Of a DNA stretch of 64,000 bases, positions 1 through 12,368 are shown one piece after another. Both the position numbers and the translations under genes were made by a program. The DNA lies in contig NW_015175988.1 of NCBI RefSeq assembly GCF_001447785.1, positions 657,286 to 721,285 on the forward strand, written 5' to 3'. Below the pieces are notes generated by a model. The model saw only the letters and a program-made list of their open reading frames with translations. It was not told where the DNA came from and did not search any database. How positions within the stretch are numbered: the stretch's first letter is position 1; the number at the start of each line of letters is the position of its first letter. The stretch comes from Gekko japonicus (Eukaryota).

Positions 1-58
1 CAGTGAGCAGCTATGAATGCTGTATTGCTGTGCTTTCTCACAAAAGCGGTTTTGATCC
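1..58 (-). CDS. PAICS: PAICS coding exon 3 (partial, truncated by window edge)
   Basis: Acceptor tactttccag| then (G)GG ATC AAA ACC GCT TTT = GIKTAFVRKHSNTAFIAAH, continuing exon 2 in phase 1; matches the vertebrate PAICS SAICAR synthetase N-terminus. Confidence 0.93.
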
Positions 59-181
59 CTGGAAAGTAACATGATTTGTTATAATTCAGTTGCTTAAGTG
101 TGAACAAAAGATCACTTATACTTCCAATGTAGAAAAACAGTTTCAAAAGCCTGACACAGTTATTTGTACCAGCACAAACTG

Positions 182-450
182 AAATAGAATATAGAAGACG
201 CAGTCCAATACAATTCAAATGCTGTGATATTTAGAAAGTCATGTTGTACGTCCAAAAGACACTTATTTTAAGAAATCCAGGACCACGTCTAATCTCTTAC
301 CAACTCATACACCAGAACTCCAATAACAGAATGCAGTCTTCAGAATTTAAATGGTCCTGGATTTCTTAAAATAAGTGTCTTTTGGATATACGACTTTCAA
401 TCTCATCACAGCATTTGAATTGCATTGGACTGAGTCCTCTATATTATATT
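182..450. repeat. Long inverted repeat (foldback element)
   Basis: ~182-285 is the reverse complement of ~351-450 (e.g. tccaaaagacacttattttaagaaatccaggacca / tggtcctggatttcttaaaataagtgtcttttgga). Confidence 0.85.
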
Positions 451-1843
451 TTGATACGACTGTTTAGAATTTGTACTATTTTATGTTGAGCACAGTTTAT
501 TATTATTTTTAACATACTTCCTCTGTGCTGCTCTTTGGTTTTATTTGATGCACAAACTGAAAAGCAGCAGGGGTACAGAGATAAGAACCAGTGCGAGCGC
601 ATTAACTTTATATAATCTTTATGGTCACATCCCAAAGCAGACTCCAATCAACTATAAGAAGGAGTGGCCAATCTAGCCAATGTACCTGAGGGATGGGAGT
701 GCCACACTACAGCGATCTTGAAAGAGAACATCCACCGCGGGAAATGTCTACACACCAAAATATCCTTTCATCCCAGGGTTATAAATATTCACAAGACAAG
801 AGCAACACTGCACGGCAAGTGCAGAAACAACCAGATAAGGATTTGTAAACTAAGATTTGAGAACCTGACTTTCACATGAATAGAAAGGAAATGGAACTTA
901 TAAAAAGGGGGGGAAAAGAACAAGGGGAAAACCTCAAAACCCAGTCACTGGCCACAGTAGACTAGGATCAGGCTTGAGTCCCCACTCTGACACAGAAGCT
1001 CGCTGGGTGACTCTGGGCCAGTTACACTCCTTGCAGCCTAATCTGCCTCACAACAATCTTGTGGGGATAAAATGGAGCAAAGAAGAACGGTGTTCTGAGT
1101 GGCTTCTGGGCCCAAAGTGGGGCATAACTATCTAAATAAACATTTAGAGCTTCGTCTTTCTCTTCACTATGCAGCATTTTATCATTCACCACTTAGGCTC
1201 ACGACTAAGAGGACTTTAGCCTTCCATGCAAGTTGATACAAGTACTTGATGTCCACTAAACCTGTTCGGATCCAAATGTATTGATTCCAAGTTGAAGCCC
1301 CAGAGAACTGAAAAAATATTCAAATATCCCGTATCTCTGACAAGGAGCAGGCACCTTTTAGAACAAGGCTTCTGCACTCAGCAGCTTCTTTCCAAAGTTT
1401 GTCTTGGCATTCCCCAAAAATGTTCACCTTGGGGGCCTTACAGCACTAATATGAGAAATAATTATTTGACGCCCAGAACGGAGGTTTAATTATTCTTCAA
1501 TGAAGACTACCATTAAGATATCTAGAGGGTGACATACGCACCCTGCCTCCTTCATCCCTGGGTGACATATGAAGTTATTTAAACTCAAGTTTCATATAAG
1601 CCTAATTCTGTTTTTCCATTTCCCTTTCCTTCCCATATTTAATATTTCTACTTGCATTCTTTTGTTATTCAAGTTATTGCTGAACTTATGCTATTGTGAT
1701 TTTGAGGGGCACTTGTTACAACAGACGGATTTTTTAATAATTTACTTAAAAACCAGGCAAAACGAGAACATACACAAGGGGAATGGGATGAAAACTTTGG
1801 TGGATTTTTGCCATGGTGGAAAATGTTTCCCAGTAGTTAGAAC

Positions 1844-2049
1844 CAGTGTTCCCTCTGAGCTGAGTTAGTGTGAGCTAGCTCACAGTTTTTTAGCCTCCGG
1901 CTCACACATTTTTGTCTTTGCTCAGGAAGGATGGCTCCAGAGCAAACTAAGTTATTCAGTAGCCAATTCACCTGCTCACAACTTTAATGCCGGTAGCTCA
2001 CAAAGTAGAATTTTTGCTCACAGGACTCCACAGCTTAGAGGGAACATTG
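1844..2049 (+). mobile_element. hAT-type MITE family A, copy 1
   Basis: TIR CAGTGTTCCCTCT...AGAGGGAACATTG; perfect 8-bp TSD GTTAGAAC. Confidence 0.9.
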
Positions 2050-2897
2050 GTTAGAACTATGCATGGGACATATTTTAGGACAGGAGAAAAGGCTCCAAAA
2101 CATTAATTTTTAGCCACAGAGCATACTCAAAACCAAGATTTCTTCATGGGACACCAGTATGTAGCTGATTTTGATAAAATGAGGAAGTTTGGGCAACTGA
2201 TAAGAAAAAAAGACATGCCCTTCCCCACTGGTGGACCTCCTGATGGCACCTGGTATTTTTGGCCACTGTGTGACAATGTTGTACTGGATGGGCCATTAGC
2301 CTGATCCACTGGCGGTTAAGAGAAGTGATTTTCGAATATTCTGAACTCTATATGATTCTTAACATAAGATTTATTTTTTATTCATGTTATTTTATAAATA
2401 CTCAGTGCTCAACACTACTTCATCTTAGATTACAGGTTTCAGGGATAACACTCATGCTCATTGATCTTTAGTACCAAAAAAAGAGAGGGTTTTAAATTGC
2501 CAGGATCCAGAGTGATTCTGGTGTCAGTGCAGTTTTTTGGTATCGAGGGAAGCGGGAAAACAGACTGCACCTCATGTTTGAGATCTGACAACTCCTAAGA
2601 GGGAAAAGGATTACAGATCTGAAGTGATATATAGATAGAGGTGGGATATGAAAATAGGAGGGCAAGGGGAAGACCACACAAGCTACAACCAACATTTTAA
2701 ACATTCTTTGTAAGTCATTTGGCCAGAGGTGCGGACAGAGGAGTGGTACTAGAGACCATAATAACTACTAAAATATGATATGTTTTTGAGGAATCACCAT
2801 TTAAAAAAATATTACATCATCTTTCGGTCTTCTTTCTGAAACTGTAGTGATCTTGAGAATGCCCTTCAATGGTAAATAGAAAATTACTGATTATATC

Positions 2898-3172
2898 AGC
2901 CAGTTTGGTGTAGTGGTTAAGTGCGTGGACTCTAATCTGGGAGAATCGGGTTTGATTCCTCACTCCTCCACTTGCACCTGCTGATGTGACCTTGGGCAAG
3001 CCGTAGTCCTGACAAGAGCTGTCTTGAAAAAGAGCAGTTTCTGTTAGAGCTCTCTCAGCCCCACCCACCTCACAGGGTGTCTGTTGTGGGGAAGGGAAGG
3101 GAAAGGAGTTTGTAAGCCGCTCTGAGACTCCAAGTGAAGGGCGGGGTATAAATCCCATCTCTTCTTCTTCTT
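2898..3172 (+). mobile_element. tRNA-derived SINE (Squam3-like)
   Basis: A box tggtgtagtgg, B box ggtttgattcc, ccacctcacagggtgtctgttgtgggg body, (TTC)n tail; related copies at 10345-11165, 20217-20340 and 49970-50252 (-). Confidence 0.8.
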
Positions 3173-3375
3173 CTATGTCTGGTAATATGAAGTGCAGATG
3201 AGCAACGTTTCCAAAACTGAAGGATAAAATAACCTCTTGCTTCCTTTCCTATTGCCAACATGGTTTGCGTACATCTTCCCAGCTAGAAAATTCTAATTGT
3301 ATCTTTACAGCTGTAAATAGCTTTCCAACAAACAGTTATGCTTTCTAGTCCAACTCCACAGCTTTCACCACTTAC

Positions 3376-3573
3376 CAGATTCCTGAAGCAACTGAAACAC
3401 ACAGCTTGTTGTTGCATTCGAGATAGCAGCCTTCCCTTCCATGAGATCTTTTCTAGCTGCATTCCCGGCTGTGATTTGGTCTTTTGATTGCATCAGAACA
3501 CATCCTGGGAGACTTGGCAATTCATAAACCTCTTTCGTCTTGCCCTCATTTATTTTTTTGCCAAGTTTTAGCT
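3376..3573 (-). CDS. PAICS: PAICS coding exon 2 (198 nt)
   Basis: Translates to (E)[65 protein letters not shown](G); ttag| acceptor and |gtaag donor. Confidence 0.97.
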
Positions 3574-4309
3574 CTAAGGCAGAACAAAAGTTAGTTTAAG
3601 TTATTAAGCTCTGAAATCTGTTTTGAGATATCAGGAATGTTTAGGAGAATAAACACTGAGATAACCAGAATGAAGCATTAAAATGGGAGGGGGGTTGGGA
3701 AGCAATCTCTTCATTGTCTCCAAATACATTTTATTCCAAGATGTCAATGAGATATCACAGAGCCCAATTCCATTGGAAGCTACCAGTCCCAGACGTGGAA
3801 AACTCCCTCGCCCTGAAAGTGAGTTTGGTATTGTCCCTACAGGTCTTCCAGACGGAGTTAAAAACTTTTATTTTCAGAAAATAACTTTGATTTGTAGTGA
3901 TGAATGACAGCGCCTGTTAACTGACACCATTTATTTGTGGTATACTGTTTATTCCTCTGCTGGCTTTGCTGTTCTTAGATTTCTGGTGAATTGCACAGAA
4001 ATTGCTTTTGTTTGATCTACATTATACACCATTTTAAGCACACCTGGGGTAATGCTTAATAAATAACTTACATAATTAATGTGCACATTAACTGTAAGGA
4101 TAACTTGTGTCAGAATTTTTCATTACGGTAGCAATAAAAATGAGCAAATATTTGAAACTGTGTAGAGCTTCAGAACAACCTTTGCACAGGACCTTGCTCT
4201 GTATGTTGTAAGCAAGCCGCATCTCTCCCCCCCCCCCTTTGTGGCATTTGAAGGACTTTAGGTTCTTACCTCATGGAACTCTGGGGTTCATGAACTCTGC
4301 TAGGATTCC

Positions 4310-4650
4310 CACTGGCTTTACATGTTACAGAGCCTCCCTGACAAATGTTTCTCCAGTCGCCACTTAAAGACTGCCAGTGAGGGGGAGCTCACCAGCTCCC
4401 TAGGCAGCTGATTCCACTGTTGCACAACTCTTACTGTAAAAACGTTTTTCCTAAGATCCACCCGGTACCTTCCCGCCCTTAATATAAACCCATTATTGCG
4501 AGTCCTATCCTCTGCTGCCAACAGGAACAGCACCCTGACCCTCCTCCAAGTAACAGCCTTTCAGATACTTCAAGAGAGCAATCATGTCCCCCCTCAACCT
4601 CCTCTTTTCCAGACTAAACATCCCCAAGTCCTTCAGCCTTTCCTCATCCG
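4310..4650 (-). mobile_element. CR1 LINE 3' fragment
   Basis: RTRNNGFIL...FTVRVVQQWNQLPRELVSSPSLAVFKWRLEKHL is the typical CR1 ORF2 C-terminus. Confidence 0.88.
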
Positions 4651-5039
4651 CATAGGCTGTTTTCTTTACAGAAAGTTTTTACACAGAATTTCCAAACACC
4701 ATCATAATCACACTGAAATTGGCAGGGATGAAGATACGTTGCATTGTACTTGACACGCCTCTTGCATAGGATCACATGCCCCTTGTTACCAATGGAGCTC
4801 ACATTTAAAAAAATAGGAAAACTGAAATCTGACCAGAAATCATTGTAGGCAACGGGGAAAGCCTGCTTCCCAGAAAACTTCCCCTGTCTCCCATGAATGC
4901 CAGCGACACACCATGTAGTCAGAATGAAGTGGCACAGGCCTAAGGAATCAGGGTGCTCTTCAGGTCCAGTTCAAATAACATGCCAGCGAGGCAAAGATGC
5001 TACGTGACCTTGGAAGGCCTCAGCCATCTCAGTTAGGAC

Positions 5040-5246
5040 CAGTGTTCCCTCTAAGCTGAGTTAGTGTGAGCTAGCTCACAGTTTTTTAACCTCCGGCTCA
5101 CACATTTTTGCCTCTGCTCAGGAAGGAGGGCTCCAGAGCATACTAATTTTATGCAGCAGCCAAATCGCTCGCTCACAACTTTAACATCAGTCGCTCACAA
5201 AGGAGAATTTTTGCTCACAAGACTCCACGGCTTAGAGGGAACATTA
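5040..5246 (+). mobile_element. hAT-type MITE family A, copy 2
   Basis: Same TIR and body; TSD GTTAGGAC. Confidence 0.9.
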
Positions 5247-5885
5247 GTTAGGACCCCCTTTACCCATGCATGAGAATGAGGCAGCAGAATAGCCTGCCCT
5301 GCCTTAAAAGTGGAGCATTCCATTTTGGAAAGCTCCCACTTCTTGCAAGGAACCTCCCCCCCCTGCGGCCCACCTCAACCTTCTACCATCTCAATCCCCT
5401 GCCAGAGTAGAAACGAAGCCTGAGCAACCTGTGCAAAGTAGGGGGGGGGGGGGGGCCTTGGACGGCACAGCGGTATAATCTCCCCCCCCTACAATCTCTA
5501 GCACAAAAACTATGCACAGGGATTCTCTTTGAGCAGGCTGCCCGCAGCACAGTTTAAGCAAGTCTCAACTCATAAAAAAGCACACAGAGATTCCCTCTCT
5601 CTCTCCCCAATTTAAATCAGGCCTCGGAGCGCCCTGGGAAAAAGGGGATTATTTCCAAACACTTTTATAGGAGCATAAAAAGGGGGCATTAGACACAGGG
5701 CTTGGCTGGCCTTCTACCTGCTAGATCACTAAAGAGTGACTTTCCCGGGGCCTGTTTCCCCTCTCATTATTCAAGTCGTCTGGGACTCTCGCAGGACTCG
5801 ACCACATCGGCCTACCAGCCGTGCAGATCCTGCCTCGTCCCAGCCTCGGGGGCAGATGCGCCACCTCGGCTCCCGCCCCACTCAC

Positions 5886-5904
5886 CTGAAGGGATGGGCG
5901 GCAT
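5886..5904 (-). CDS. PAICS: PAICS coding exon 1 (MPPIPS-)
   Basis: gccgcgATG CCG CCC ATC CCT TCA G|gtgagt in the CpG island; phase 1 joins exon 2 in frame. Confidence 0.88.
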
Positions 5905-6780
5905 CGCGGCGGCGGCGGCGGGGAGAGCGACCCGAGGCACCTGGAAAGCACGAAGAGAAAAGTTAAGCACGAGGGCAGCAGCTGGCGGAGCACTGGCCGC
6001 GCAAGACTGGGAGGGAGGGAGGAGACGCGGGGCGCGCGCAACTGGTGCCCTCGAAGCCGCGACGGGGCTGCGTAAGAAGGGCGCGTGGCGGAAGGGGGCG
6101 GCGAGGGGAGGGTGGAGAGGCGCCGCCAGGCCGCCAATGGCGACGGCTCGCTCGAGGGTTGCGCCTCCTAAGCACTCCCTCCGCCGCCCCCCCACCCCGC
6201 AGATGTTTTCCCTCTTTGCTGTTTTTCTTCGGTGCGCGTGAAACAAATCCCATCTTTGCTCCAATCTGCGCTCGGCTTCCACCGACGCCCATTTTCACTC
6301 CCTCCCCACCCCGCCTTTGGAGCAATTGCAGCAGAACTTTGCTCGGCTGCCCTCCTTCCTACGAAAGTTTCCCTTCCTCGCTCCAGCTCCAGCCCCTTCT
6401 TCTCCTGGCACCCCAAACTCAGTTTCGGTCACACAAGGCTCCTTGCAAACGCTTCCCAGGCAACCTAACTTCCCCACCTATGGCTACTTGGGGCGGCTCT
6501 CTCGCCGCCCACCTCGCCTCCCTCTCGAACTCACTTAAGACGACCCAACTAGTCTGGGGAAAGTGGAACGTACCAAACATCGACCCGGGAGGCGGGGGAA
6601 AGAGAGGGAGACGAGTTGCCGCTGCAGAACTAACTTAGTGTCATTCGGCGCGGGATACAAAGTGTGCCCGCCAAAGGCAGCGCGAGTCTCCTCCCTCGCT
6701 CTTTCTCGCGCCCTGCACGGACCGCGCAGCAAGTTTGGCAAGTCGCTCCCCCCCTCCCACCCCGTGCATGTAAATGAGGC

Positions 6781-6829
6781 NNNNNNNNNNNNNNNNNNNN
6801 NNNNNNNNNNNNNNNNNNNNNNNNNNNNN
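6781..6829. other. Assembly gap (N)
   Basis: Run of N inside the CpG island. Confidence 1.
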
Positions 6830-6958
6830 GGGGGGAGAGTGGGCGTAGAGGAGCTCGCGCCGCTGCTGCTGCTGCTCCAGGCCTCCGCCTCCTTTCCTGC
6901 CCCGCAGACACACAGGCAGCGGCAACAGTAGCAACAACACGTGCTTCGCGCGGGCGGC

Positions 6959-7086
6959 ATGGAGCTGGAGGAGCTGGGCATCGGGGAGGAATGCGGCGTG
7001 TTCGGTTGCATCGCCGCCGGCGTGTGGCCCTCGGAGCTGGACGTGCCCCATGTCATCACGCTGGGACTGGTGGGCTTGCAGCACAG
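6959..7086 (+). CDS. PPAT: PPAT (amidophosphoribosyltransferase) exon 1
   Basis: [42 protein letters not shown](R): 11-aa propeptide then the Ntn catalytic Cys. The expected donor reads ggaagg (see findings). Confidence 0.95.
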
Positions 7087-8379
7087 GGAAGGCGGGGGTG
7101 GGGGGAGGGAGTGGAAACGGGCCCGAGGGCCTGATTCCCGGCAGTGGGGTGTTGCTGCGGACGGGAAGGCGCACCAAAGGTCCCAGCCTTGTACGCGCGG
7201 ACTTCGGAAGTCAGGTTCTTTGAATCGAGGGAGTGGGGTTTTGCTTCCGAGTAAATATGGACAGGATAGGTCTCTCTCTCTCTCTGCTGGGAGCTGCGGT
7301 AAAGAAAGGTCAAGACGGTCCCTGTGCATGGGAATAAAACTAAGTTAATTCTGCAGGGAACTTTTTTGCTAACAGGGCTGGAAACGGAGACCACTGCCGC
7401 TGGCCGTTTCCTCGTCCTCTTAAGAGATATTCGGTAGGTTGCAGGTTAAAGTGCAGCCCTGTACGGAAGTTTGTTCGCTTCATTCTGGACTTATCGGTGC
7501 GATTAATTAGTCTTCAAGTGGGGATGCCGGATACGACTGATCGGATACTTGGCTCAAATGTTTATAATGTTGACATCAGATCTCAGTGGTCTAGTCTTAT
7601 GACTGCCTTGTTCAGTGTTGCGTGATCTTATCCGCTGGCCACAAATCCTAGTGTTTAGTTACGCATCTGGAACTCTTTTATAGTTCACTGGAAAGCTAGC
7701 AGATACCTCTAGGGTAAAGTGGTGATGGGCTGTTTCACCTGTGGGGGGGAAACTATGGTACTTCTTGTGGATGAAGACAGTATACAGCCCACTGAGCCTC
7801 CTACATTTGTGAATTCCAGGTGGGTCTGTGGCATTTTGGAAAAGGATGACTTCTATTCCATTTTATGCTCTTGCAAAATTGGAGTTTGCTAGCTTCTGAT
7901 GAAATGAGTTCTTCTGACTTACAGAAGAGTGTGCTGGAATAAATTTTGCTAGTTTCTGAAGTGCCACAGGACTCTTGCTTTATGCTCCAGTGCCAAGAAA
8001 CATGTTCTAGTATAAGTTTTGGGGTATCAGAGCTCACTTCATCTAATATGTAACTTCTTGTTAGAGTGTACATTTATTGGATTTATGCTTTTATATTCAC
8101 AATGGTCTTAACAGGGAGCTGGGATTCCCCCCCGCCCCCGTTCTAGGTGCTATTGCCTTGCCTATCCTTCTGTAACTTCTTATTGTATCAGTTTATCTCG
8201 CACTACAAACAAACAACCTTTATTGGCATAACAACCGAATTATAACAGGGAGGAAACAGTCTGAACAGTCAAGGGCCTGTCTGCTGATACATTGCTTCGC
8301 TTCCTAGCTGCCTTATCTTGGACTAGATTCTCTGTTAATCCTACTTTGCCTATCTAAAAACTGCTGAGTTGCAACTGAT

Positions 8380-8680
8380 ATGCTCAAGACAATGCTTCCA
8401 CCTGCACTGAATGGAGACCTAGGTTTTCTGTCTCATTACCAATGCTGATTTCTCCACGCCTACTACCTCTCTGCATATCACCCCTAATCCAATCACACCT
8501 TCTATTGTCATTCACCTGCTAATGTCATTTGCCAACTGAAATCACTCCACTTTCCAATGTATAGGGCAGATGGACTGCATTCTAGAGGCATCTGAAGAAG
8601 TGAGCTGTGACTCATGAAACCTACCACAGATTTTGTTAGTCTTTAAAGAGCTACTGGACTCTTACTCTTTCCTACTATCT
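8380..8680 (+). mobile_element. Penelope-like retroelement 3' fragment
   Basis: ctgaagaagtgagctgtgactcatgaaa...ttttgttagtctttaaagagctactggactc motif typical of squamate Penelope-like elements. Confidence 0.55.
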
Positions 8681-9654
8681 AAAAACAGTTAAGGGCAACC
8701 CACTCTGAGCAAACCGATTTCTCTTAAGCCTGTCTCCCTCCTCCCTTCTATTTGAATATGAAAGCTCAGTTATAATGGGTATCTACTCCTTTGCATCTGA
8801 TCAAATTAACTGACTCAAAAAGTTTATCCTGGAATAAATTTTGTTAAGGTACAATCTGCTAAATCCCATTAAATTAAATGTGTCAATAGACTCCTATCTG
8901 CCCTATATTGGCTCTTTTTGTCACTCCAGTTTCCATGTTTTTTATATAGCTTTTCATCCTACAGTTCATTGCATACAAATGGGTTTGTGTTCTGAATCTG
9001 AGCAGTGATCATCTACAACCTCATTTGCTTGGAAGGTGATCCTCCCCCAGATCTTCGCTCACCTAAATAGAAGTACCGAGACTGGGAGAGAAAGCTGCTT
9101 GCATCCCAAAACAGCAACAATAAAACCCTGTGGCAAAAAAAAGTATTTCCTGTTGCCTGGCTTAAAAGCTGTAAGCATCTGAACACTCTACGTCTGTGCA
9201 TACATACTTGGGAGTAAACATTATTAATCTCATGGAGACTACTTTTGAATAAGGATGCAGAGATCCGTAGCACACATTTCGTTACTCCTCTAGCAAAAAC
9301 CATTCTAGACAATTTAAGACATTTGGGTTCTTGAGACAGAATGGCTCTTCACATTTTATTCATTTAGCAAAAAAGGAGACTTTCCTTCCCTTCCACCTGA
9401 AGCACCCTGTGCTTTAATGACAGGTTCACTCTAGTTTGCACCTACAACTGCCTAAGGCCTTCCTGCCCACCCCCATCCTCTTTACTCACATTAATCCTTA
9501 ACTTCTACCTTCACTCCTGGCATTGTCTCATTTAAGGCAGGTGATGTGTCAATTGTGCAGGTTCATCTAGATTATAATAGCCACACTGTTTGCATATCTT
9601 GAACACCCGAGATATCATGAACAGGCTAATCCTAATTGAATTTGCTGAGACATA

Positions 9655-9850
9655 AATGCCCAGGCTAACCCAGTCTTGTCTAAGCAGGGTCAGCCCTGTC
9701 TGGTATTTGGATGGGAGACCACCAAGGAATGCCAGGGTCATGATACGGAGGCTGGCAATGGCAAACCACCTCTGAACGTCTCTTGCCTTGACAGCCCCGT
9801 GAGGTTGCCGTAAGTCAGCTGTGGCTTGATGGCACTTCCCACCACCACTT
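9655..9850 (+). mobile_element. 5S rRNA-derived SINE (copies also ~21795-21940, 30690-30830 and 35090-35275 on -, 41290-41470 on +)
   Basis: Head ctaagcagggtcagccctg...ttggatgggagaccacc resembles the 5S rRNA 3' half; tail ggcaatggcaaaccacctctgaacgtctcttgccttga. Confidence 0.78.
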
Positions 9851-10074
9851 TAGAGGTAACATGATGAGGATCAGTCCAGTAGCACCTTAAAGACTGCTAC
9901 AGACAGACTAACACAGCTGCCCATCATGTTGGGGATCTGTCTGTCTAGTGTCTATTCTGGCTTTCTGTATCATTGCTTTCATCAAGGGAGCATTCTGTTA
10001 TTTACTTCATTTATACTCCGCCTTTCTCACCAGTGGGTCCCGAAGCAGCTTACATCATTCTCCTCCCCTCCTCC

Positions 10075-10800
10075 TCCCCTCCATTTTGCCCTCGCAACAA
10101 CCCTGTGAGGTAGGTTAACCTAACAGCATATGACTGGCCCAAAGTCACCCAATGAGCTTCCATGGCAGAGTGGGGATTTGACTCTGGATACCCTGGGTCC
10201 TAGTCTAACCACTCTGCCACACTGGCTTATTCTGTGGTCTCCAGCACTGCGCTCTTAGTGAAGCGAATTTGCTTTTTCTTATTCAGCATCACTTAACTCT
10301 TAATAAGGCCACAGTGGCCCACATGATTAGATACTGTCTTTAAGAGCCAGTTTGGTGTAGTGGTTAGGAGCGTGGACTCTGAGCTGGGAGAACCGGGTTT
10401 GATACCCAACTCCTCCACATGCAGCTGCTGCTGGTGTGACGTCCTCTCCTCCGTTGTGCCCTCGCAACAACCCTGTGAGGTAGGTTACGCTAACAGCATG
10501 TGACTGGCCCAAAGTCACCCAATGAGCTTCCATGGCAGAGTGGGGATCTGACTCTGGATACCCTGGGCCCTAGTCTTACCACTCTGCCACACTGGCTTAT
10601 TCTGTGGTCTCCAGCACTGCGCTCTTAGTGAAGCGAATTTGCTTTTTCTTATTCAGCATCACTTAACTCTTAATAAGGCCACAGTGGCCCACATGATTAG
10701 ATACACCAGTTTGGTGTAGTGGTTAGGAGCGGGGGACTCTGAGCTGGGAGAACCGGGTTTGATACCCAACTCCTCCACATGCAGCTGCTGCTGGTGTGAC
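10075..10800. repeat. ~360-bp tandem duplication
   Basis: 10075-10440 is repeated at ~10443-10800 with a few substitutions and a ~10-bp indel. Confidence 0.85.
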
Positions 10801-10817
10801 CTTGGGTCAGATACAAG

Positions 10818-11023
10818 CAGTGTTCTCTCTACGCTGAGTTAGTGTGAGCTAGCTCACAGTTTTTTAGCCTTTGGCTCACACATTTTTGTCTTCGCTCAGG
10901 AAGGAGGGCTCCAGAGCAATCTGATTTATGCAGTAGCCAAATTGCTCGCTCACAACTTTAAGGCCAGTAGCTCACAAAGCAGAATTTTTGCTCAAATGAC
11001 TCCACAGCTTAGAGGGAGCATTG
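10818..11023 (+). mobile_element. hAT-type MITE family A, copy 3 (inside a SINE)
   Basis: Same body; TSD GATACAAG/GTTACAAG. Confidence 0.88.
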
Positions 11024-12196
11024 GTTACAAGGTCTTTCAGAGCTGTTCTCTCACGACCTACCTCACAGGGTGTCTGTTGTGGGGAGGGGGAGGGGAAAGG
11101 AGATTGTAAGGCGCTCTGAGACTCCCGAGTGAATGGTAGGGTATAAATCCAATTTCTTCTTCTTGCCTCTTGTAAGGATGATGAAACAGTTTGCACATTG
11201 AATTTCATTGCAAGCGGGATAATTCTAGTGCACCTTTTCGCTATGAAGTTCATGTGTGAACTATGCAATTAGGATTAGGTTCTACGTTATATAGATCTAA
11301 GTTTTAAAAAGCTAATAGGCCAACCTTTTTCGTTGCTTGTAAGTGTGAGGCCATAAACAGCTTTAATACTAGATCGTTCATGTAGTTTAGATTCTTTCAT
11401 TAGGCCCTGGAGCAGTGGTACTCAATCCGCGACCGATGGAGAGCCACATTTGATATTACCAGTAAACAAAAGAGCCACATGATTTATGTATATGCCCTGT
11501 GCACCACCCCACCAAACACACACAAAACAATCTCAGATGCAGGTATTAATATGAAATATATAAATGTACCCTTTTTAAATTACCAGAAGACTTCAGAGCA
11601 CGTAGGATTTTCTTTTTCTTTTTAATAATAATAAATCCTACAAAACTACACACTAACTAAAATTACAGCTATACAACGACCATATATGATAATAATTATT
11701 ATCTTAAGTCAGAGCTTTTCTCTTATTCAGGTTAAGAATAAAAATTCTATTCTATTATTTCGATATGCAAAAGGATTTTCTTTAGTTGTCTCAGAGACAG
11801 AACAGAAGCAAGGTTTGATAAATCTCATACTAACTAATTTTATGATTGCGTTGTCTCTTATAACAATGGTCTGCCTCAGTGCTTGTCCAGTTTATGCATT
11901 GTACAGTGTATGGGGTATGAAGCGATGAGGCAAGGGAGCCAGCCAGCCAGCCAGCCAGTGTTAAGCTCTTAAATCCTGGTAGTGGATACAGATAGGGTCA
12001 GGACAGATCATAGTTATAAAAGGCAGAATAATAAGTAGCATATTTAAGCATTAAATCTGCCCACCGAGAAGTGCTTAACTGAGTTATACTGTAAGATCAC
12101 ATTAGGTAAGGTTTACATCGTTTCCTCTTGGTGCTATATAAACATTTCTATGTAAAGAACGACCTGTGAGATATCTACAGATGAGGCCTGGTGGGG

Positions 12197-12368
12197 CTCT
12201 ACTGGTAGCAGGAGCTCCTTTGCATATTAGGCCACACGCCCCTAGTGTAGCCAATCCTCCAAGAGCTTACAGTAGCCCCAGTAAGAAGAGCTCTGTAAGC
12301 TCTTGGAGGATTGGCTACACTAGGGGTGTGTCCCCTAATATGCAAAGGAGCTCCTGCTACCAGTAGAG
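12197..12368. mobile_element. Palindromic MITE
   Basis: ~75-bp near-perfect arms ctctactggtagcaggagctcctttgcatattag... / ...ctaatatgcaaaggagctcctgctaccagtagag. Confidence 0.85.

Larger units (their letters stand above)
5780..7210. promoter_or_regulatory. CpG island / bidirectional PAICS-PPAT promoter
   Basis: GC- and CpG-rich; divergent ATGs at 5904 (-) and 6959 (+); CCAAT at ~6134 and ~6261, GC boxes, GCGCGCGCA at ~6032, E-box CACGTG at 6938-6943. The divergent arrangement is established in vertebrates. Confidence 0.9.

Noticed and set aside
5702-7394. Many overlapping long ORFs in the PAICS/PPAT CpG island
   Set aside because: GC-rich, stop-poor sequence; only the PAICS and PPAT first exons have homology and splice support.
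9660-9740. 5S rRNA-like sequence
   Set aside because: Partial, diverged and fused to a repeated SINE tail seen five times in the window; not an rRNA gene.
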